Virus record (IMG/VR): IMGVR_UViG_3300042465_005116
Span: 64,001-128,000 of that record
From: a virus
Taxonomy: Duplodnaviria; Caudoviricetes
DNA: 64,000 nucleotides
Reading direction: 5' to 3' (one strand)
The position numbers and the translations under genes were made by a program. Below are positions 58,375-64,000 of the stretch, in pieces; within the stretch, counting starts at the first letter, position 1, and every line of letters starts with the position of its first letter. A model generated the notes under the pieces. That model was not told where the DNA came from and did not search any database. It worked only from the letters and a program-made list of their open reading frames with translations.

Positions 58375-59034
58375 TTAGAAAGGTTTTGAATCTTCCCATT
58401 GTTTATTCTCCTGTCTACAACTCATATGGTCAGCCCAATGTAGAATGTATGGTAGGTCGGTTTTTAACCTCATCTCGGGACGGAAACTGATATAGTAAGG
58501 TTTAGTACCTTCGTTGTATAATCCGTCTGCTAACATAATCCCAATCATCTCCTTTTCGGAATAGGTAATACCATATTGGTTAAGTAACCACAATGCCCTA
58601 TGTGTTACATCCATATAATGATTCTCTCCATTAATCTTAAACAATGCACCTTGATTCTTTTTATGCCAATCAGAACCCTCCTCTACATAATGAGGCTGAC
58701 CCTTCACTCCTAACTTACCCAAATCATGATGAAAGGCTGCAAAGAATAATTCCTCATCGGTAAAATCTACTTTGATTCCACCCTCCTCATAAATCTTTTT
58801 CATCTTATATGCATTTCGGGCAACGTTCATCACGTGGTCTAAATATCCACCAACATATGCAGAGTGATAATGTTCTTTACTACTTGCAGGGGCAAGAACT
58901 AATTCAGTTCCCAATTCCTCCTGTGAATACATGAACTTTAATTTTTCTAAACGTTCACCACTAAATACTTTACTTAATGCCTCAATGAATTTATCATAAT
59001 TCTTTTGTAGGTCTTCTGCTGAATAGTTTTTCAT
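58375..59034 (-). CDS. HD-domain phosphohydrolase
   Basis: APAS...HS...LDHVMNV, FHHDLGK, LHWAD. Confidence 0.85.
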   Translation of the reverse strand: MKNYSAEDLQKNYDKFIEALSKVFSGERLEKLKFMYSQEELGTELVLAPASSKEHYHSAYVGGYLDHVMNVARNAYKMKKIYEEGGIKVDFTDEELFFAAFHHDLGKLGVKGQPHYVEEGSDWHKKNQGALFKINGENHYMDVTHRALWLLNQYGITYSEKEMIGIMLADGLYNEGTKPYYISFRPEMRLKTDLPYILHWADHMSCRQENKQWEDSKPF

Positions 59035-59044
59035 AATTTATATT

Positions 59045-59392
59045 TTAATCTTCAATTTCTTGTCCTGTCAATGCCCTATATAGAATTTCTAATTGTTCTT
59101 CACTCTCACAATATCCCAACCCAACCGCATCACCAATCTCAACTATATAACTTCCCTTTGGTAATTCCATATGTTTCCATTCATCGTTTATAGATGATAT
59201 TAAACAAGGTGCATCTTCAGATGGATTATCCTTTGGTAATGGTAATACATAATAGTACATTCCACTTGGAGCAGATTCCTCGTCATCACCCTCTTCTGTC
59301 ATTTCATCTACCTTTTCCCATCCCTGTCTTTCAAATGTATCTTCGGTTATAGGTGTTTCTGGAAATTCTATTGGGGTTTCTTCTATACTCAT
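59045..59392 (-). CDS. Acidic hypothetical protein
   Basis: 115-aa ORF in a contiguous run. Confidence 0.6.
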   Translation of the reverse strand: MSIEETPIEFPETPITEDTFERQGWEKVDEMTEEGDDEESAPSGMYYYVLPLPKDNPSEDAPCLISSINDEWKHMELPKGSYIVEIGDAVGLGYCESEEQLEILYRALTGQEIED

Positions 59393-59958
59393 TCTAAAAC
59401 TATATTGATTTGTTTAGTAATTTTTGCTTCAATCATTGTACATTTTAAACGTAGGGTATCCCCTCTCATTTTATTAACCGGTGCAATCATTGTGTTTATC
59501 TCACCATTCGTTCCACTATATGATGCTGGATTGCAAGTAGGTATTAGTACATCTCTCCAATTCGTAAGTGGTGGTAAGTTTACATAAGTAAGTTGACCGG
59601 TAAATTCATTGATGTAGGTTTTAGTAATCTTTGCTACAACATCATCTTTCCATAACCACCAATATAAATTACTTTCCCATTCAACTTTAATTGGTTCTTT
59701 GGTATTTTTGAGAGTACCAGTAACCCTATGTGTTGTTTGGTTTGTATTTGGATTTAATTGTAAATGATAATACCCATTCGCATCTTGTGGTAATCGACCA
59801 TCTAATGTAAAATCATTCGGATTATAAGTAACCTTTGTGGGTGTGGTATTTGTTTTTGTTTGAACATCCGGTCCCCATTTTGAAATAGGAGTGGGTATAT
59901 CATCTTTACTGCAAGCAGTAAATAATAAAGAACTTAATACTAACCATTTGATTCTCAT
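59389..59958 (-). CDS. Lipoprotein (start MRIKW)
   Basis: MRIKWLVLSSLLFTA|CSKDD lipobox followed by a K-D-D signal. Confidence 0.75.
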   Translation of the reverse strand: MRIKWLVLSSLLFTACSKDDIPTPISKWGPDVQTKTNTTPTKVTYNPNDFTLDGRLPQDANGYYHLQLNPNTNQTTHRVTGTLKNTKEPIKVEWESNLYWWLWKDDVVAKITKTYINEFTGQLTYVNLPPLTNWRDVLIPTCNPASYSGTNGEINTMIAPVNKMRGDTLRLKCTMIEAKITKQINIVLE

Positions 59959-60440
59959 AACAATTTGTTTAAGATTGATTCCCAAGTCGGATATTCATTC
60001 CATTCTTTTGTTTCATATGCCCAACCAAATTTAAGTAACTCACCTTTGAACTCTCCTGCCCCATTCTTAATTCGGTCATCAATTAGATAATCACCTGCCA
60101 AAAGGTCTTTTCGGTGAGTAACAACCATTTTTTTGTGAAAGAGATTTCCAAAGTGATTCTCAATCCAATATCGTTTGTCAGTTGAAGCATCAGGGTTTCC
60201 CCACGGTGCTGCAGTTGCGATAAACATTTCATACTTACCACTTTCGGCCAACTTCTTAACAGCCTCAATAGCTCCTTCATATGGAGGTGGGTTTCGGAAT
60301 ATACCGGGAATATGGTCAGGACATTTTTTGTATTTATCAACTAAGTGTGGGTGGAGTTCAAACCACTTGTCAAACTCGGCTTTTAAATCTACTAAAACGC
60401 CATCCATGTCAATGTAAAGTATCTTTTTATTTTCAGTCAT
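59955..60440 (-). CDS. 5'(3')-deoxyribonucleotidase (NT5C, HAD)
   Basis: YIDMDGVLVD, PPYEGAIEAV, ATAAPW, LIDDR. Confidence 0.88.
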   Translation of the reverse strand: MTENKKILYIDMDGVLVDLKAEFDKWFELHPHLVDKYKKCPDHIPGIFRNPPPYEGAIEAVKKLAESGKYEMFIATAAPWGNPDASTDKRYWIENHFGNLFHKKMVVTHRKDLLAGDYLIDDRIKNGAGEFKGELLKFGWAYETKEWNEYPTWESILNKLL

Positions 60441-60478
60441 AATGTTAATTGTTGTTATTATCTCTCTTTCTTATACAA

Positions 60479-60510
60479 TAAAGATACGAAGAATAATTGA
60501 ATTTTCCAAA
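60479..60510 (-). promoter_or_regulatory. Bacteroidota-type promoter
   Basis: TTTG-N20-TATCTTTA. Confidence 0.78.
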
Positions 60511-60552
60511 TCTTTTGTAATTTATTTGCAAACTAATTTTAAGTATATTGGA

Positions 60553-60604
60553 TATCTGATTGAGTATCAATGAATTAGCTAACTCGTTGATTATCAATAA
60601 GTTA
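60553..60604. repeat. Two tandem 25-bp imperfect palindromes
   Basis: TATCTGATTGAGTATCAATGAATTA and TAACTCGTTGATTATCAATAAGTTA, 27-bp period. Confidence 0.65.
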
Positions 60605-61873
60605 AAATTTATATTGATAAAATTTACCATTTGTGTTTAATTTAAATGAGTTAAAATTAGGTTCTACCCATCCCCCATTTTCTTTCTTATGGTTTTTACC
60701 CTCTATAAGAATTTCTATTACACCATCTTTATCATAATCACATACTTTAATCCAATCAATTGCGTAATGATTTAATACTTTATATGAATTACTTTCAAAT
60801 ATAAGTTTAGTTTTATTTTCAAATTGGTTACCTCCTTTATTTTCAAAGTACTGAATATAGTATTCATCTTCATAATTAAAATTACTATTTGAAAAAATAT
60901 CAATATCACCATCCTTATCAAAATCGTAAAAAGCAAAATCTAATGTTATATTTGAATTCGGTTCAATCGTTTCCAAATATTGTTTATCACCAAAATATGG
61001 ATAACCTGCTTTACCAAAATTAATAACCATTGATTTTCCAAATAAGTTTCCGGGTTGGTCATATGGATTATTATGAAACCCTCTAACTAAATCCAAATAT
61101 CCATCTTTATTTAAATCTATTAAATCCATACAGGTTGACCCAAAATAATCACCCATTTGAATTGGGCCTTTTTCTAAAAGATTGGTTGGCCAGTTTGTTT
61201 TTGTAAATGTAAAATCACCATTACCCATTAAAAAATAGGTAGGACCTGATATTACAATATCCGGTTTACCATCTTTATTTATATCACCAGTAGTAATACC
61301 ATGATAAAATTCATTACTATTGTTTGAGTATTTGATTAAATCGAATCCATCTTTATCTCCCTTTAAAAAATATAATCCTCGCTGAGTGGTATCGTTATCA
61401 TCTGCTAATGCTAATACAAAATCTACATACTTATCATTATTAATATCAGTTGCAACAATTCTACGAGTTCCTTTTAATTGAATCGATTTACCTTTAGTGT
61501 AATCTTCTTTAGTATATCCATTACCAGATTTTATCCAAAACTCAAATACTCCTGTATTTTCATTCTTTAGTAAAAAATCTATTTGTGAATCTCCGTTGAA
61601 ATCAAAATACACAATACCAACTGCTACATCTTTGGTAGGGGTGTTTGTTAAATGACTACTATACCATCCAATATTATTTTCTTGATTTATAACACTTTCT
61701 GTTGAAATAGTTAAATTTTGTTTTAACTTATCAGTATTTACAATAGGGGGTTCTATTGGTTTTGGTTGGGGGAGTGGTATATCCTCTTTACTACAACTAG
61801 CTAAAAGTAGGAGGGGTAGTAGTAAAATAGGTAAGTAGTGCTTCAGATTTTTCTTTTTCAAATTGTTTTTCAT
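60602..61873 (-). CDS. FG-GAP/VCBS beta-propeller lipoprotein
   Basis: LLLLAS|CSKED lipobox; repeated DFNGD, DINND, DINKDG, DLNKDG, DFDKDGD, DYDKDG motifs. Confidence 0.85.
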   Translation of the reverse strand: MKNNLKKKNLKHYLPILLLPLLLLASCSKEDIPLPQPKPIEPPIVNTDKLKQNLTISTESVINQENNIGWYSSHLTNTPTKDVAVGIVYFDFNGDSQIDFLLKNENTGVFEFWIKSGNGYTKEDYTKGKSIQLKGTRRIVATDINNDKYVDFVLALADDNDTTQRGLYFLKGDKDGFDLIKYSNNSNEFYHGITTGDINKDGKPDIVISGPTYFLMGNGDFTFTKTNWPTNLLEKGPIQMGDYFGSTCMDLIDLNKDGYLDLVRGFHNNPYDQPGNLFGKSMVINFGKAGYPYFGDKQYLETIEPNSNITLDFAFYDFDKDGDIDIFSNSNFNYEDEYYIQYFENKGGNQFENKTKLIFESNSYKVLNHYAIDWIKVCDYDKDGVIEILIEGKNHKKENGGWVEPNFNSFKLNTNGKFYQYKF

Positions 61874-62231
61874 TTATTTTAAGGTTTAATTTTTTAGCTA
61901 TTTCCATTCCGCGATTCCACGCATCTAATTCGTTTAAGAACTGACCCATCATAAATTCTTTTGGGTGGTCGGTATCATCAATGTTTTTATATGCATTACA
62001 TCCAATATTAGTTGCAGGTTGTAGGACGTGGCCGCATTCATGCAATAGGGCATATAACCCGTTATTATTTAAATCATAATTATGATGTATCGTTATACGA
62101 CGTGTAAAGTGTCCCATAAACAAAGTGGAATCACTCAATATAACATCAACTCCTTTTGTATCAGAAATCCAATCAACTACTTTTTGAAATTGAATTGGAA
62201 ACTTACGATTTTTAAATTTATATTTACCCAT
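61797..62231 (-). CDS. HExxH zincin-like (ImmA/IrrE-like) protein
   Basis: LLHECGH...ELDAW. Confidence 0.7.
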   Translation of the reverse strand: MGKYKFKNRKFPIQFQKVVDWISDTKGVDVILSDSTLFMGHFTRRITIHHNYDLNNNGLYALLHECGHVLQPATNIGCNAYKNIDDTDHPKEFMMGQFLNELDAWNRGMEIAKKLNLKINEKQFEKEKSEALLTYFTTTPPTFS

Positions 62232-62239
62232 AGTATATT

Positions 62240-62617
62240 TTAATATTTTATTCCGTGTCTTTCTTCAAACTTATCTTTAACCATTTGTGCAGATTTGGTA
62301 TAACCTTTATCATCTAACATTTGGTATGCTAATCTATCTGCCTCAATCTCTTCTTCTGCCGAATTATTCTTTGTTAATCCATGTCCTAATATGAAGTGTG
62401 CAACTTCATGTGCTTCAATCCATTTTAGAATATGTTTATTTAATTTTTGTTCACCATCAATTAACATCAATTTTTCAGATATGTTAGCGGGTATCATAAA
62501 CCCAAATCCATATGATTCAAATAATGGTTTAACAACTGAATAACGGAAATCATCAGAGCCAATTATATTGACAATGATATCATTACCAAATTCACTTCTA
62601 AATTGTTTCGTTTTCAT
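62240..62617 (-). CDS. HExxH zincin-like protein (start probably MKTKQF)
   Basis: AHEVAH...EIEAD; a shorter start avoids the long overlap with the upstream gene. Confidence 0.7.
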   Translation of the reverse strand: MKTKQFRSEFGNDIIVNIIGSDDFRYSVVKPLFESYGFGFMIPANISEKLMLIDGEQKLNKHILKWIEAHEVAHFILGHGLTKNNSAEEEIEADRLAYQMLDDKGYTKSAQMVKDKFEERHGIKY

Positions 62618-62975
62618 AAAATAAGTTATATTCGTTTTCCTTTGCATAAGCAATAACTTCATATGGGTGAGTGTGATAATCACATCCCATATTATAGTAT
62701 CGTGTCATCCAAGCAGGAGATTGTAAATAATGTTGATATTCGTGAATAAGAGTACGAACTAAATCCTCGATAGATTTGATATTTTTCCAATATACAATCA
62801 ATTCATTTTCATCAGAACAATACTCACCGATTAAATCAGGTTCGTCTGCATCTGAGTATGGGGAATCCTCAATTGATAAGTACGGAAATGATTCTTGATA
62901 TTTAGAATATCCATAGTGTTTGCATATCTTATCATAGTAAACATTAACTATATTTGTAATATCTTTCTTAGTCAT
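62598..62975 (-). CDS. HExxH zincin-like protein
   Basis: TLIHEYQHYLQ...PYEVIA. Confidence 0.7.
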   Translation of the reverse strand: MTKKDITNIVNVYYDKICKHYGYSKYQESFPYLSIEDSPYSDADEPDLIGEYCSDENELIVYWKNIKSIEDLVRTLIHEYQHYLQSPAWMTRYYNMGCDYHTHPYEVIAYAKENEYNLFYENETI

Positions 62976-62981
62976 ATAAAG

Positions 62982-63013
62982 CTAATATACGAACAATTAT
63001 TGGTATTACCAAA
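62982..63013 (-). promoter_or_regulatory. Bacteroidota-type promoter
   Basis: TTTG-N20-TATATTAG. Confidence 0.72.
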
Positions 63014-63054
63014 TATTTTTTGATGTTTTTTCGAACCAATTGATAACCAATTAG

Positions 63055-63777
63055 TTAGCGAGTAGGGTTACTTTTTTCCTTAAATTCTTCGTATGCATCT
63101 AATAGGGCATCTACGACTGGGTGGCGGTGATTTGTAAGTAGAGTCTGAGAATCCATATCCTTAATTTTCTTTGCTGCGGTTACTAAGAATTTGAATCCAC
63201 TATCTCCTCTATACTTTAAATCCACTTGTTGTGAATCGCCACATACTACCATCTTGCTCCTCAATCCCAAGCGAGATGTAATCATTTCCATTTGGTCATT
63301 AGTGCAGTTTTGTGCTTCATCTACAATAATGAATGCATCTAAGAAAGTTCTACCTCTCATAAATGCAAGGGGTACGATTTCAACTTCACCACTTTCTAAT
63401 ATTTTATCAATCTTTTCTTTATTGTATAATTGATAAAAATTGGAATAGATTGGTTGCATCCACGGCTCCATCTTTTCTCTAAGGTCACCGGGTAAGAAAC
63501 CGATTTCCTCCTTACTAACTGTCGGACGAGTAATGATAATTTTGTTTATGGATTTTTTAAAAAGTAAATCTAAAGCTACCTGGCATGCCAAAAGTGTCTT
63601 ACCACTTCCAGCCTTACCACTTAAAATGGTAATTGCATTATTTAGGATTTTATCTTTAGCTTCTTTTTGTTCTTCGTTAAGAGTTAATTGAAATTTTATT
63701 GGACTCTTAGGTCTTTGTTTTAGGTCTTTGATATTTTCTGTAATCTCTTTATGCTTTGATGATGAATTATCCGCCAT
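63055..63777 (-). CDS. phoH: PhoH family ATPase
   Basis: GKAGSGKT, ITRP, GFLPGDLREK, AFMRGRTF, VDEAQN, GDSQQVD, RHPVV. Confidence 0.95.
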   Translation of the reverse strand: MADNSSSKHKEITENIKDLKQRPKSPIKFQLTLNEEQKEAKDKILNNAITILSGKAGSGKTLLACQVALDLLFKKSINKIIITRPTVSKEEIGFLPGDLREKMEPWMQPIYSNFYQLYNKEKIDKILESGEVEIVPLAFMRGRTFLDAFIIVDEAQNCTNDQMEMITSRLGLRSKMVVCGDSQQVDLKYRGDSGFKFLVTAAKKIKDMDSQTLLTNHRHPVVDALLDAYEEFKEKSNPTR

Positions 63778-63796
63778 AAGTTTTTTGTTATAAAAG

Positions 63797-64000
63797 TTAA
63801 ATTAATTTTCTTACCTCTTTTTTTTTCTGAATAGGTTTTCTTGTATTTTGGATGTCTTCTTTATATTTGACTATCTTTGCACATATTTCATATTCTTCCT
63901 TTTCTTGAAACCAATTTTTACAATGGTCTAATGCTTCAATGAAATCACTCTTAGGTACGATTGAAATTGCACTAGCATTTGGATGAACTAATATAGCAAC
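63797..64000 (-). CDS. Partial protein with UVR-like motif (5' end outside window)
   Basis: ...EALDHCKNWFQEKEEYEICAKIVKYKEDIQ...RKLI-stop. Confidence 0.55.
   Translation of the reverse strand, partial: VAILVHPNASAISIVPKSDFIEALDHCKNWFQEKEEYEICAKIVKYKEDIQNTRKPIQKKKEVRKLI

Noticed and set aside
960-63433. Plus-strand ORFs in the supplied track (e.g. 3267..3620, 10295..10951, 31879..32427)
   Set aside because: All lie antisense to well-supported minus-strand genes and have no motifs; they are shadows of codon bias and repeats. The nested minus-strand ORFs 3390..3629, 12222..12407, 22915..23103, 23424..23618, 60083..60340 and 60445..60630 are rejected as out-of-frame or promoter-spanning.
1-64000. 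Stop-codon reassignment, as in some large phages
   Set aside because: The standard code gives dense, full-length ORFs for ThyA, SbcCD, gp6 and others, and TAA, TAG and TGA all serve as stops at gene junctions
1-64000. tRNA, rRNA, integrase, reverse transcriptase or DGR
   Set aside because: Intergenic gaps are short and explained by promoters, terminators or small ORFs; no cloverleaf or diagnostic motifs were seen by eye. Small structured RNAs cannot be excluded without Infernal or tRNAscan.

Overview
64 kb of an AT-rich, T4-like large (probably jumbo) myovirus read in the standard genetic code. Almost every gene is on the minus strand. The host is very likely a Bacteroidota: seven TTTG-N20-TAnnTT(T/A)(G/A) promoters and lipoproteins with a C-S-K-D/E-D export-type signal. 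From left to right the window holds: a glycosylation module (GT-B, prolyl 4-hydroxylase, GT60-type GlcNAc transferase, Pro-rich Hint protein); an S74 tail fibre; fused SbcCD, primase and a GIY-YIG nuclease; a tail/baseplate block (gp6, gp25, gp5-like, two wall hydrolases); an Ntn hydrolase, carbamoyltransferase and gp55-like late sigma; accessory genes (PDF, ThyA, helicase, UvsE, IscA); a 10 kb tailoring-enzyme island (radical SAM, 2OG-Fe(II) oxygenases, sulfotransferase-like, SGNH-like) around an ATP-grasp-Hint-Cys-rich-peptide fusion; then Hsp20, an HD protein, lipoproteins, three HExxH proteins and PhoH. Best novelty candidates: (1) a phage hydroxyproline-O-glycosylation pathway beside its likely Pro-rich substrate, (2) a self-processing ATP-grasp-Hint-peptide RiPP-like system, (3) a shared C-terminal [LI][LI] tag on most island enzymes. 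All family assignments come from motif recognition by eye; no database searches were run.
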